Shown: positions 1-9,282 of the stretch, piece by piece
Position numbering within the stretch: the stretch's first letter is position 1
How the letters are laid out: every line of letters starts with the position of its first letter
Assembly (NCBI GenBank): GCA_046714435.1
Contig: JBKKAZ010000221.1
Coordinates: forward strand, 7,988 to 71,987
Direction of reading: 5' to 3'
DNA: 64,000 nucleotides
Origin: Casimicrobiaceae bacterium
GTDB lineage: Bacteria; Pseudomonadota; Gammaproteobacteria; Burkholderiales; Casimicrobiaceae
Notes under the pieces: model-generated
Seen by the model: only the letters and a program-made list of their open reading frames with translations
Database searches by the model: none
What the model was told of the DNA's origin: nothing
Made by a program: the position numbers and the translations under genes

Positions 1-430
1 CATCGGAGCGAAGGTGGTCGTCGACCGGCGCGGCATCGATCTCTCGAAGATCCGCCCGCTCGACAAGTCGACCTGGGCCGGCGCGGTCGACAACCTCGGG
101 GGCGACCTGCTCGCGTGGCTGCTTTCGACTTCGCGCATCGGTGGTACGGTCGCCGCAGTCGGCATGGCCGCCGACATGAAGCTCAGCACCTCGGTGGCGC
201 CGTTCATCCTGCGCGGCGTGTCGCTGCTCGGAACCGACAGCGCCAACACGCCGATGTCGCTGCGCCAGACGATCTGGAACCGGCTCGCAGTCGAATGGCG
301 GCCCGATCGGGTCCACGACCAGGTCCGAACCATCGACTTCGACGAGCTGCCTACCCACTTCGACGCGTACCTCAAGGGCATGGTGCGCGGCCGCACCGTG
401 GTGCGCATCGGGGCGGATACGCACCCGTAG
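1..430 (+). CDS. acuI: MDR-family oxidoreductase, acryloyl-CoA reductase AcuI/YhdH-like (5' truncated by window)
   Basis: C-terminal motifs GAVDNLGG, GTVAAVGMA, SVAPFILRGVSLLGTDS and GRTVV are typical of YhdH/AcuI. The frame is open to the window edge. prpE lies nearby. Confidence 0.75.
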   Translation, partial: IGAKVVVDRRGIDLSKIRPLDKSTWAGAVDNLGGDLLAWLLSTSRIGGTVAAVGMAADMKLSTSVAPFILRGVSLLGTDSANTPMSLRQTIWNRLAVEWRPDRVHDQVRTIDFDELPTHFDAYLKGMVRGRTVVRIGADTHP

Positions 431-919
431 TGATGCCACCTCTCCCGTTTCATCGCATACCGGGATGCCGCGCAAGTACCGCGCCACGCCTCGTCCCATA
501 ACGGCACCACCTTTCCCGTCGCCGTGGGCGCTGCAATACCGTCGAATCACATTGATTGGCTCTGGATTTTCGGTGGCCTTTTTTCAACTGAACGTGCGAT
601 TACTACGTTCATGGACAACAGCAATCGCAATTGGGCTATGCACGTAATTGACTGGATGGAAACGCATCGCAGCAAGGATGAAGGGAACCGCTAGCCGCAT
701 GCACTCCGAAGCGACCAAGGGCCTAGAAGAAGCTCAAGCACAGTATTTCTCTGACACTCGGGCTTTGCGAGCGGTTGAGTCTACTGCGTAAGTGCGGGCC
801 TCCATCTCGGTGTTGGGTGAAGTGAAATCGAGCGACGGTAGGTCGTCGCGGTCGAGGGCCTCGTGCAGTTCCTGCGTCGGCGTACGGCCTTGCAACGAGT
901 AGCCTCTTCGCGCCAGTGG

Positions 920-947
920 TTGACACGGGTATAACCAGTGTTATACT
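920..947 (+). promoter_or_regulatory. sigma70 promoter of the TA operon with overlapping inverted-repeat operator
   Basis: TTGACA (920-925), 16-bp spacer, TATACT (942-947). The perfect inverted repeat GTATAAC-CAGT-GTTATAC (929-946) overlaps the spacer and -10. Confidence 0.8.
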
Positions 948-953
948 CGTACC

Positions 954-1196
954 GTGAAGACTGCGGTTTCCATCCCAGATCGAGTGTTCTTGTCAGCCGA
1001 GAAGTTGGCGGTACGCCTTGGTGTTTCCCGAAGCGAGCTCTATTCCAAGGCGCTCGCCGCCCTCGTTGAGAAGCACCGCGAAGATATCATCACTTCTCAA
1101 CTCAATGAACTGTACGGCCCGGGTGGCGAGGACTCGTCACTGAGCCGTGAAGACAGCGTGCTTCAGGCTCGCTCGCTTCGTCGCGAAAAGTGGTAG
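954..1196 (+). CDS. Ribbon-helix-helix (CopG/MazE-type) antitoxin
   Basis: 80 aa with N-terminal MKTAVSIPDRVF...AEKLA...SRSELYSKAL RHH pattern. Overlaps the downstream PemK/MazF gene by 7 nt. Confidence 0.85.
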   Translation: MKTAVSIPDRVFLSAEKLAVRLGVSRSELYSKALAALVEKHREDIITSQLNELYGPGGEDSSLSREDSVLQARSLRREKW

Positions 1197-1534
1197 TGCA
1201 CCGAGGCGAGGTCTGGTGGGCATCGTTACCGGAACCGTCGGGTTCCGGTCCCGGGTTTCGTCGGCCGTATGTCATCGTCTCGGCCAACAGCTTCAACCAG
1301 AGTCGAATCAGCACGGTGATTGTGGCTGTGATCACCTCGAATCTCCGCCTGGCTGACGCTCCTGGGAACGTCCGACTCCCGGTCCGAGGCACCGGCCTTA
1401 GGAAGCCGTCGGTGGTCAACGTTTCCCAGGTCATGACCATCGACAAGTCGCTTCTCACGGAGCGGGTTGGTAGGATTCCACTCGCCCTGATCGCATCCGT
1501 GGACGATGGGCTCCGCTTGGCATTGTCGCTGTAA
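1190..1534 (+). CDS. mazF: PemK/MazF family endoribonuclease toxin
   Basis: RGEVWWASLPEP.GS.PGFRRPYVIVS.NSFN...TVIVAVITSN and SVVNVSQVMTIDKS.L.ERVG are MazF/ChpK motifs. Confidence 0.92.
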   Translation: MVVHRGEVWWASLPEPSGSGPGFRRPYVIVSANSFNQSRISTVIVAVITSNLRLADAPGNVRLPVRGTGLRKPSVVNVSQVMTIDKSLLTERVGRIPLALIASVDDGLRLALSL

Positions 1535-1539
1535 TCGAA

Positions 1540-1604
1540 GGCCAACCAGCACCTGAACGCGGACGCGGCACAAAGCGCCGCGCCGCCTGACCCGATCGTT
1601 GGAG
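1540..1604 (+). mobile_element. Degenerate integron attC-like site
   Basis: GGCCAAC (1540-1546) begins 5 nt after the mazF stop and GTTGGAG sits at 1598-1604. Central stem GCGG-A-CGCGGC/GCCGCG-CCGC has an unpaired A at 1563. Length 65 bp. The L boxes pair poorly (about 3/7). Confidence 0.45.
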
Positions 1605-1651
1605 CGCTACACGCCACAAGTTGGGGCCGAGTCGCCGCGATCGAAACGCCC

Positions 1652-3571
1652 GTGCGTGAAAGGATTCCGCGGATGGAACGTTATCGTGAAACCCACCGCC
1701 GTTCACTCGCCGACCGCGAAGGGTTCTGGCGCGAGCGAGCCAGGCTGATCGACTGGCAGACCCCGTTCTCGACGGTACTCGATTATTCCCGCCCGCCGTT
1801 TTCCAAGTGGTTCGGCGGCGGTCGCACCAACCTCTGCCACAACGCGATCGATCGCCATCTGCCAACGCGCGGCGACCAGGCAGCGCTGATCTACATTTCG
1901 ACTGAGACCGGCGCGACGCGGTCCTACAGTTTCCGGGAACTGCACGCCGAGGTGAATGCCTTTGCGGCAATCCTCGAGGAACTCGGCGTCGGCAAGGGCG
2001 ATCGGGTGCTGGTCTACATGCCGATGATCGCCGAAGCCGCGTTCGCGATGCTGGCCTGCGCGAGGATCGGGGCGATTCACTCGGTCGTGTTCGGCGGATT
2101 CGCCGCGGCGAGCCTCGCGATGCGCATCGATGACGCCAAACCCAAGGTCATGGTCACGTCCGACGCGGGCATGCGCGGCGGCAAGGCGATTGTCTACAAG
2201 CCCCTGGTCGACGAGGCGATCCGGCTTGCAAAGCACCCGCCACAGCGCGTGGTGATCGTCGACCGCGGGCTCGATCCCGGAATGACCGAGGTGGCGGGGC
2301 GCGACCTCGACTACACGGCGTTGCGCGAGCGGCACCACAACGCGCAGGTCCCCTGCGAATGGCTGGAATCGTCGGAGCCCTCGTACATCCTGTACACGTC
2401 CGGGACCACCGGGACGCCGAAGGGCGTTCAGCGCGACACCGGCGGGTACGCGGTCGCGTTGGCGGCATCGATGCGCGACATCTTTTGCCTCGCGCCGGGC
2501 GAAACGATGTTCACGACCAGCGACATCGGCTGGGTGGTGGGTCACTCCTACATCATCTACGCACCACTCATCAACGGATCGGCGACGATCATGTACGAGG
2601 GACTGCCGATCCGTCCGGATCCGTCGATCTGGTGGAAGATCGTCGCCGAACATCAGGTGCGGACGATGTTCAGTTCGCCGACCGCGATTCGGGTACTCAA
2701 GAAGCAGGATACTTCACACATGCGCAGACACGACCTGGCGTGCCTGCGTTACCTGTTTCTCGCCGGGGAGCCCTTGGACGAGCCGACAGCCCGCTGGGCC
2801 AGCGAGTCGCTCGGTGTGGCTATCGTCGACAACTACTGGCAGACCGAAAGCGGCTGGCCGATCCTCTCGGCGCAACTCGGCGTCGAGGACACGCCCCGCA
2901 AGTTCGGCTCACCTTCGTTCCCCGTGTACGGCTACGGTGTGAAGCTGTTGCACGAGTTGACAGGCGAAGATGTCGGCATTGGCGAAAAAGGTGTCCTCGC
3001 GATCGAGCCGCCGCTGCCGCCGGGCTTCATGAGCACGGTGTGGGGCGACGACGAGCGCTTTGTCAGCACCTACTTCACGACCCTACCGGGTCGTCAGGCG
3101 TACTCGACGTTCGACTGGGCGACGCGCGACGCGGACGGCTACTACTTCGTGCTGGGCCGCACCGACGACGTGATCAACGTCGCCGGCCACCGGCTTGGCA
3201 CGCGCGAGATCGAAGAGGCCGTGCAGGCGCATCCCGGCATCGCGGAAGTCGCGGTGGTGGGCGTCGCCGATCCGGTGAAGGGCCAGATACCGGTGGCGTT
3301 CGCGGTCGTCAAGGATGGCGCGCGCGTCGCGTCGCCCGAGGGCGTTGCGGCGATGCGCAAGGAAGTGATGGACACGGTCGACCGCGAGCTCGGTGCGATC
3401 GCCCGACCCGGACAGGTTCACTTCGTGACGCTGTTGCCGAAGACGCGATCGGGGAAACTGTTGCGCCGCTCGATCCAGGCCCTGGCCGAAGGTCGCGATC
3501 CGGGCGACCTCACCACCATCGAGGATCCGTCGGCGCTGGAACAGATTCGCGCGGCGCTGGCGGTACGCTGA
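1652..3571 (+). CDS. prpE: Propionate--CoA ligase
   Basis: Acyl-CoA synthetase motifs YILYTSGTTGTPKGVQRDTGGY, DNYWQTESGWP and LPKTRSGKLLRR. The PSFPVYGY and GRTDDVINVAGHRLGTREIEE segments fit PrpE. Confidence 0.9.
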   Translation: MRERIPRMERYRETHRRSLADREGFWRERARLIDWQTPFSTVLDYSRPPFSKWFGGGRTNLCHNAIDRHLPTRGDQAALIYISTETGATRSYSFRELHAEVNAFAAILEELGVGKGDRVLVYMPMIAEAAFAMLACARIGAIHSVVFGGFAAASLAMRIDDAKPKVMVTSDAGMRGGKAIVYKPLVDEAIRLAKHPPQRVVIVDRGLDPGMTEVAGRDLDYTALRERHHNAQVPCEWLESSEPSYILYTSGTTGTPKGVQRDTGGYAVALAASMRDIFCLAPGETMFTTSDIGWVVGHSYIIYAPLINGSATIMYEGLPIRPDPSIWWKIVAEHQVRTMFSSPTAIRVLKKQDTSHMRRHDLACLRYLFLAGEPLDEPTARWASESLGVAIVDNYWQTESGWPILSAQLGVEDTPRKFGSPSFPVYGYGVKLLHELTGEDVGIGEKGVLAIEPPLPPGFMSTVWGDDERFVSTYFTTLPGRQAYSTFDWATRDADGYYFVLGRTDDVINVAGHRLGTREIEEAVQAHPGIAEVAVVGVADPVKGQIPVAFAVVKDGARVASPEGVAAMRKEVMDTVDRELGAIARPGQVHFVTLLPKTRSGKLLRRSIQALAEGRDPGDLTTIEDPSALEQIRAALAVR

Positions 3572-3659
3572 ATTCACCGCGGGGCAATCGTGCGGAATAC
3601 ATCGCGGCGTGGGCGGGGGCGGTGTTCAGCGATAATAAGCGGTTCGACCCATTCGACGC

Positions 3660-4694
3660 ATGCCCGTGTCCGCCGCCCCTTCGTCCGCTCACGTTCCACT
3701 GACCGCCGTCATCCGCGGCAGCGCGGTCGAGAGCGTGCATTACGGCTCGGTTGCCGTTGTCGACGCGAACGGTCGGCTGCTGTACGCGGCTGGCGATCCG
3801 CAAACGCTGACGTTCACGCGCAGCGCGCTGAAGCCGCTGCAGGCGTTACCGTTCGTGCGCGACGGCGGTCCGGCGCGCTACGGCTATTCGTCGGCGCAGA
3901 TCGCGCTGCTGTGCGCGAGCCATTCGGGCGAGCCGCGGCAGGTTGCCGCGGTATCGGACATGCTCGCGCGTGCCGGCAATGGGGCCGATGACCTCGGCTG
4001 CGGCGTTCACGCGCCCGGGTATTTCGACGTGCGCCGCGAGATGCCGCCGCCGCCACCGTATTCGCCACTCGCCCACAACTGCTCGGGCAAGCACGCGGGG
4101 ATGCTCGCGTGTTGCGCGATGCACGGCTGGCGCAAGTCCGACTATCTCGCCGCCGAGCACCCGCTGCAGCAGGAAATCCGGACCGCGGTCGCCGCGTTCG
4201 CCGGTGTACCGGCAACGTCGCTGGTCGCGGGCATCGACGGCTGCTCGGCGCCGAATTACGCGCTGCCGCTGGCGAGTCTGGCCCGGGCGTTTGCCCGACT
4301 GGCCGCCGCAGCGGACGACGAAGCGGGCTACGGCAAGGCGTCGCGAACGCTGCGTAACGCCATGATCGCCCACCCCGAAATGGTCTCCGGCGAGGGGCGC
4401 AGCGATCTCAAGCTGGCGCGGGCGGGCCGCGGCGACTGGGTGCCCAAGATCGGTGCTGAAGGCGTGCAGGCGATCGGGGTGGCGAGCGCGGGTGTGGGGA
4501 TTGCGATCAAGGTCGCGGACGGAAACAAGCGCGGTCTGCACCCGGCCACGGTCGCCGTGCTGGATCAGCTTGGCCTGCTCGACGCCGCGGGGCGCGAGGC
4601 GCTGGCACCGCTGCGAGGGCCGGTGCTCCACAACTATCGCGGGATGCCCGTCGGCCGGCTCGAATCGCGGGTCAATCTGGACCGCGTAGCCTGA
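3660..4694 (+). CDS. L-asparaginase II (Rhizobium etli AnsA-type, class 3)
   Basis: RG..VES.H.G, RSALKPLQA, ASHSGE, HNCSGKHAGML, DGCSAP and KIGAEGV family motifs. Confidence 0.85.
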   Translation: MPVSAAPSSAHVPLTAVIRGSAVESVHYGSVAVVDANGRLLYAAGDPQTLTFTRSALKPLQALPFVRDGGPARYGYSSAQIALLCASHSGEPRQVAAVSDMLARAGNGADDLGCGVHAPGYFDVRREMPPPPPYSPLAHNCSGKHAGMLACCAMHGWRKSDYLAAEHPLQQEIRTAVAAFAGVPATSLVAGIDGCSAPNYALPLASLARAFARLAAAADDEAGYGKASRTLRNAMIAHPEMVSGEGRSDLKLARAGRGDWVPKIGAEGVQAIGVASAGVGIAIKVADGNKRGLHPATVAVLDQLGLLDAAGREALAPLRGPVLHNYRGMPVGRLESRVNLDRVA

Positions 4695-4740
4695 AGCGGC
4701 TGGAATACTTGCCATAATTGGCCTGGCGGCAGCAATTGAT

Positions 4741-4767
4741 GAACTTCGGCCCCTTTTTGCGGTCTTT
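4741..4767 (+). promoter_or_regulatory. Putative sigmaE-dependent autoregulatory promoter of rpoE
   Basis: GAACTT (4741-4746), 16 bp, then TCTTT (4763-4767). The -35 is a perfect match to the sigmaE/AlgU consensus. The -10 is a partial match. Confidence 0.5.
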
Positions 4768-4888
4768 GGGTGCAGTGCGACCCGGGCCGCCGCCGGAAAA
4801 GCGATCGGTCGGCCAGGACGACAGGCGCGTTGGTACCTGCGCCCGATCGGGACAACAACGCACGACCAGGGACGTTTGACCCCCGCGG

Positions 4889-5488
4889 ATGGGTGATCGG
4901 GAAGTCGATCAGCAACTCGTGGAGCGGGCGCAACGTGGCGACAAGCGCGCGTTCGAGCTGCTGGTCACGAAGTACCAGCGCAAGCTGGGGCGGTTGCTCA
5001 CGCGGATGGTGCGCGACCCGGCCGAGGTCGAGGACGTGACGCAGGAGGCCTTCATCAAGGCCTACCGCGCGCTCCCGAGCTTCCGGGGCGACAGTGCGTT
5101 CTACACGTGGCTGTATCGCATAGCGATCAACACGGCGAAGAACTACCTGGTCGCGCTTGGCCGTCGTGCACCGACGACGACCGAGTACGACCACGAGGAC
5201 GCGGAGAATTTCGAGGATGCGGATGCACTGCGCGATTCATCGACGCCCGAGGACGAGCTGCATGGCAAGCAGATCGCCGCGACGGTGAACAAGGCCATGG
5301 AGGCGCTGCCCGAAGACCTGCGCACCGCGATAGTGCTGCGCGAGATCGAGGGATTGAGCTACGAGGAAATTGCAACGCTGATGAGCTGCCCGATCGGAAC
5401 GGTGAGGTCGAGAATTTTCCGTGCGCGGGAAGCGATTGCTGCCGAGCTCCGACCGCTGCTCGGCACCGATGAAAACCGGAGATGGTGA
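4889..5488 (+). CDS. rpoE: ECF RNA polymerase sigma factor sigmaE
   Basis: DQQLVERAQRGDKRAFELLV.KYQRK, FRGDSAFYTWLYRIAINTAKNYL and CPIGTVRSRIFRAREAI. Followed by rseA/rseB. Confidence 0.97.
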   Translation: MGDREVDQQLVERAQRGDKRAFELLVTKYQRKLGRLLTRMVRDPAEVEDVTQEAFIKAYRALPSFRGDSAFYTWLYRIAINTAKNYLVALGRRAPTTTEYDHEDAENFEDADALRDSSTPEDELHGKQIAATVNKAMEALPEDLRTAIVLREIEGLSYEEIATLMSCPIGTVRSRIFRAREAIAAELRPLLGTDENRRW

Positions 5489-5988
5489 TGAACGAAGACT
5501 TGTCGCGCCTGATGGATGGCGATCTCGACCAGGGCGAGCTTGATCGGGTGGTCGGCGAATGTCGCCGGCCCGAGGCGTTGTCGGCCTGGGCCTGCTATCA
5601 CCTCATCGGCGACGCGCTGCGGGGCACGCCGGGCAGCGCGCATCGCGGCACGACGCGCGTGATGCAGGCGTTGGCTCAGGAGCCCACGGTGCTCGCACCG
5701 CAGCGGCGCGCGGCGAGTCGAGTTGCCTCGTGGGCCTGGGCCGCGGCGGCGACGATCGCCGCGGTCACGGTGGTGGGCTGGACGGCCGTATCGCTGACGG
5801 AAACGCCGGGGACCGCGATGGCCAAGGCGCGCGAAGCCGCCGCGATCACGGCCGCGCAGCTGCGCCCGCAGACGCTGCCGCAGGACTACGTGCTGGTGCA
5901 CCAGGAGTACTCGCCGGCGACGGCGATCCAGGGCGTGCGGCCCTACCTACGCGCGGTTTCCGCGCCGCTGGTCGAAGGCCGCCCCTAG
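5482..5988 (+). CDS. rseA: Anti-sigmaE factor RseA/MucA
   Basis: EDLSRLMDGDL...W..YHLIGDALR N-terminal domain, one TM segment, and overlap with the rpoE stop. Confidence 0.9.
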   Translation: MVMNEDLSRLMDGDLDQGELDRVVGECRRPEALSAWACYHLIGDALRGTPGSAHRGTTRVMQALAQEPTVLAPQRRAASRVASWAWAAAATIAAVTVVGWTAVSLTETPGTAMAKAREAAAITAAQLRPQTLPQDYVLVHQEYSPATAIQGVRPYLRAVSAPLVEGRP

Positions 5989-6142
5989 TGTCCCGAGTCA
6001 GGAATTGGTTGTGCAAACTGGACCAGTTCGCTCCCAGGCATGGTTGCCCCCGCGCGGCAGGTGACCAACCTCGCCACGCGGGGGCGTCGCGCCTGGAAGT
6101 GAACACGGCCCATTTGCGCGAGCGATTCGCGGAGTACCCATA

Positions 6143-7216
6143 GTGTTCAACGGATCCCTTACTCAGGACACTGGCAGCCGCCGCGATCGCATACTAGTGA
6201 GCGAGAAACAATGGTCGTCGCGCGGCACGCCGGCACGGATCGGCCTGCGCCGCCGGCTACTTCCTGGCGCGGCCCTGGTCACGGTCCTCGCCCTATGGAT
6301 CCCCGCACCCGACGCGCGGGCCGACCAAGCCACCACCTGGCTCGCGCGAGCGGCGGAGGCCGCGCGCACGCTCACCTACGCCGGGACGATCGAGTTCCAG
6401 TACGGCGGGCGGGTCGAGACATCGCGCCTGCTGCACCTGAACGACAACGGTACCGAGTTCGAGAAGCTCGTCAATCTCGACGGGCCGGCGCGCGAGGTGA
6501 TTCGCAGCGACGGCGAAGTACGCTGCTACTATCCCGACGCCAAAATCGTGCGCATCGAGCCGAGGACGTTCCGCAACGTCTTCCCTTCGCTGTCGACGCA
6601 GCAGCAGCTGGCGCTCGCCCAGTTCTACCGCTTCCGGATGGCCGAGGTGGCCCGGGTGGCGGGTCTCGAGGCGCAGGCCTACGTGCTGGAGCCGCGAGAT
6701 GGGCAACGCTACGGCCACAAGTTCTGGGCCGACCGCGCGACCGGCCTGCTGCTGAAAGCGCGGCTGCTCAACGAGAAGAACGAAATCGTCGAGCAGGTCG
6801 CGTTTATCGACATTGCCATCGGCGCGCGGATCGATCGCGACATGGTCAAGCCGAGCTGGGCCTCGACACCCCCTGATTGGCAGGAACGCCAGGGCTCGTC
6901 GGGCGACGTCGTGGTGACGGACACGGGTTGGGTAGTGACCCGGCTGCCGCCGGGTTTTTTCAAGCTCATCGAGGGCTTCCGGTCCTGGCGCGGGAAACGC
7001 GAGACGGTGGCGCATCTGGCGTTCTCCGACGGCCTGGTGGCCATCAGCGTCTTCGTGGAGCCGCTTGCGGCTTCACCACGTCACTCCGCCGGCCCGCAAC
7101 GGCAGGGCGGGCTCAACGTCTACGCACTCAAGCTCGACGACCACCTCGTTACCGTGCTCGGCGAGGCACCCGCGACCACGGTTCGGCAGATCGCTCAGTC
7201 GGTGGTGCGTCGTTAG
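6143..7216 (+). CDS. rseB: Periplasmic negative regulator RseB/MucB (start uncertain, may be downstream)
   Basis: LTYAGT..F, EKLVNLDGPAREVIRSDGEVRCY, RYGHKFWADRATGLLLK and FSDGLVAISVFVEP motifs, plus synteny. Confidence 0.9.
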   Translation: MFNGSLTQDTGSRRDRILVSEKQWSSRGTPARIGLRRRLLPGAALVTVLALWIPAPDARADQATTWLARAAEAARTLTYAGTIEFQYGGRVETSRLLHLNDNGTEFEKLVNLDGPAREVIRSDGEVRCYYPDAKIVRIEPRTFRNVFPSLSTQQQLALAQFYRFRMAEVARVAGLEAQAYVLEPRDGQRYGHKFWADRATGLLLKARLLNEKNEIVEQVAFIDIAIGARIDRDMVKPSWASTPPDWQERQGSSGDVVVTDTGWVVTRLPPGFFKLIEGFRSWRGKRETVAHLAFSDGLVAISVFVEPLAASPRHSAGPQRQGGLNVYALKLDDHLVTVLGEAPATTVRQIAQSVVRR

Positions 7217-7374
7217 CGTGGCGAGGCTGCGATGCATTGCCTTTGTCGCGGCCCGGACCACGGGGCCGCGCAATACCGACCGGATTGGACCGTTGTCAGG
7301 TTCACGCCTGCAAGGGTTCCGGTGATTCCAACCCTCATGCCAATTTCAAAATGACCACGAACAAGGACGTCAAG

Positions 7375-8826
7375 ATGAAGCATCTGCGTGCGCCGATCGC
7401 CTGGATCGGCACCCTTACGCTCGCACTCTGCGCGGCGCTGATCCTCCCCGTTCCGAGCGCCGCTGCGCAGGCACGGACCCAGTTGCTGCCCGATTTCACC
7501 GAACTCTACGAAAAGCAGGGGCCGGCGGTGGTGTCGATCGACGTCACCCAGAAGGTGCGTCGCGGACCGCAGAGGCCGGAACTCTCCGAGGACGACCCGT
7601 TCTACGAATTCTTCCGGCGTTTCGGCCCACCGCCGCGCGGTCCGCAGCGCGATTACGAGGCGCAGAGCGCAGGCTCCGGATTCATCGTGTCGTCCGACGG
7701 CTATTTGGTCACCAACGCCCACGTCGTCGACTCCGCCGACGAGGTCAAGATCCGGCTCACCGATCGGCGGGAGTTCATTGCCAAGGTGGTCGGCGTCGAC
7801 AAGCGAACCGACGTTGCGGTGCTGAAGATCGAAGCCAAGGATCTCCCGCGCGTCACCATCGGCGATCCCGAGAAGCTGAAGGTTGGCGAGTGGGTGGTCG
7901 CGATCGGCAAGCCGTTCGGCCTCGAGAACACCATGACGGCCGGCATCGTCAGCGCGAAGGGACGCGACCTGCCGCAGGAAAACCTGGTGCCCTTCATCCA
8001 GACCGACGTCGCGATCAATCCGGGCAACTCCGGCGGCCCGCTGTTCAACCTCCGCGGCGAGGTCGTCGGCATCAACTCGATGATCTTCTCGCGCTCCGGC
8101 GGCTACATGGGCCTCGCGTTCGCGATTCCGATCGACGTCGCGATGAACACCGTCAACCAGATCCGCGAAAAGGGGCGCGTCACCCGCGGCCGCATCGGCG
8201 TCCAGATCCAGGAGGTGTCGCGCGAGGCTGCGGACTCGTTTGGCCTGAAGCAGGCCTCGGGCGCGCTGGTCAATTCGGTCGAGAAGGGCGGGCCGGCCGA
8301 CAAGGCCGGTGTCGAGGCCGGCGACATCGTCCTCAAGGTCGACGGCCGCGATGTCCCGAACAGCAACGTGCTGCCGCGGATCATCACACAGATACGGCCC
8401 GGAACCAAGGTCAACCTGACCGTGTGGCGTGGCGGACAGACGCGCGACATCGGCGTCGTGGTTGCGGAGATGAAGGAGGAGACGCCGTCACAGTCTCGCC
8501 GCGGCTCAACGCCGATCCCCAAGGAAAAGGCCAAGCCAAACCGCATGGGGCTGGTCCTGTCGGACCTAACGGCCGAGCAGCGCAAGGAAGCGGAGGTGAG
8601 GAGCGGCGTGCTGGTCGAGGACGTGGCGGGCGGCGTGCGCGGCAACGTGCAGCCGGGCGACGTGATCGTGGCGCTCATCAGCAAGGGGGTCAATACCGAA
8701 GCGAAGAGCGCAACGCAGGTGAACGACTTCCTGTCCAAGCTCGAGAAGAACGCCTCGGTCACGCTGCAGCTGAAGCGTAACGATCAGACGTTCTTCGCTA
8801 CGGTCCGCCTGCCGAACGGTGAGTAG
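7375..8826 (+). CDS. degP: HtrA/DegP/MucD serine protease with two PDZ domains
   Basis: Signal peptide, GSGFIVSSDGYLVTNAHVV, D in TDVAVLKI, FIQTDVAINPGNSGGPL and PDZ repeats. RBS-like AAGGAC precedes ATG 7375. Confidence 0.93.
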   Translation: MKHLRAPIAWIGTLTLALCAALILPVPSAAAQARTQLLPDFTELYEKQGPAVVSIDVTQKVRRGPQRPELSEDDPFYEFFRRFGPPPRGPQRDYEAQSAGSGFIVSSDGYLVTNAHVVDSADEVKIRLTDRREFIAKVVGVDKRTDVAVLKIEAKDLPRVTIGDPEKLKVGEWVVAIGKPFGLENTMTAGIVSAKGRDLPQENLVPFIQTDVAINPGNSGGPLFNLRGEVVGINSMIFSRSGGYMGLAFAIPIDVAMNTVNQIREKGRVTRGRIGVQIQEVSREAADSFGLKQASGALVNSVEKGGPADKAGVEAGDIVLKVDGRDVPNSNVLPRIITQIRPGTKVNLTVWRGGQTRDIGVVVAEMKEETPSQSRRGSTPIPKEKAKPNRMGLVLSDLTAEQRKEAEVRSGVLVEDVAGGVRGNVQPGDVIVALISKGVNTEAKSATQVNDFLSKLEKNASVTLQLKRNDQTFFATVRLPNGE

Positions 8827-8885
8827 CCTATGCCGGTGCCAACAGCGCAAAGGTCATCGAGGAAACTCCTGATCTGCACAAGTTC

Positions 8886-8910
8886 GCCCCCGACGCATTG
8901 CGTCGGGGGC
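8886..8910. terminator. GC-rich hairpin downstream of degP
   Basis: GCCCCCGACGC-ATT-GCGTCGGGGGC is a perfect 11-bp stem. There is no U-tract. Confidence 0.45.
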
Positions 8911-8945
8911 GTCTAATGAGTCCCTGGGTTCTTGTTTACCTGCGA

Positions 8946-9206
8946 ATGCGGCTGATCCTGCTGTCCCGCGCCTACTGTCACCTCTGCGATGAGATGGAGG
9001 CGGCGCTGCGGCCGCTGATCGGCGCGACGCCGCTCGACGTCATCGACGTCGATGCCAAGGGCAATGGCGCGCTCGAGCTGCAGTACGGCGAAGCGGTACC
9101 GGTGCTGTTCGCCGGCGCGTGCCAGACCGGCCGCGAACTGTGCCGGTTTCGGCTGGATCCCGACCGGGTGCTGGCAGCACTCGCGGCCGAGTCAGAAATC
9201 CGCTAA
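8946..9206 (+). CDS. Glutaredoxin-like protein (DUF836 type)
   Basis: [17 protein letters not shown] carries a CxxC motif. The position between degP and lepA is commonly conserved. Confidence 0.8.
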   Translation: MRLILLSRAYCHLCDEMEAALRPLIGATPLDVIDVDAKGNGALELQYGEAVPVLFAGACQTGRELCRFRLDPDRVLAALAAESEIR

Positions 9207-9282
9207 AATTCAGCAGTTTGGCTTCATCCTCGGGGCCCTCGCGACAGCGGGTGCCCTGTCTCGTTTTCCAAAGGCTTGTTTG

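Noticed and set aside
720-780. Second possible attC upstream of the TA promoter (GCTCAAGC ... GCTTTGC-GAGCG-GTTGAGT)
   Set aside because: The L boxes and GTTRRRY look plausible, but the left end lacks the invariant AAC, is not complementary to the right end, and the centre does not form a stem. Too weak to call.
5989-6142. 154-bp gap between rseA and rseB
   Set aside because: No convincing ORF, repeat or RNA structure was recognised. The rseB start is uncertain.
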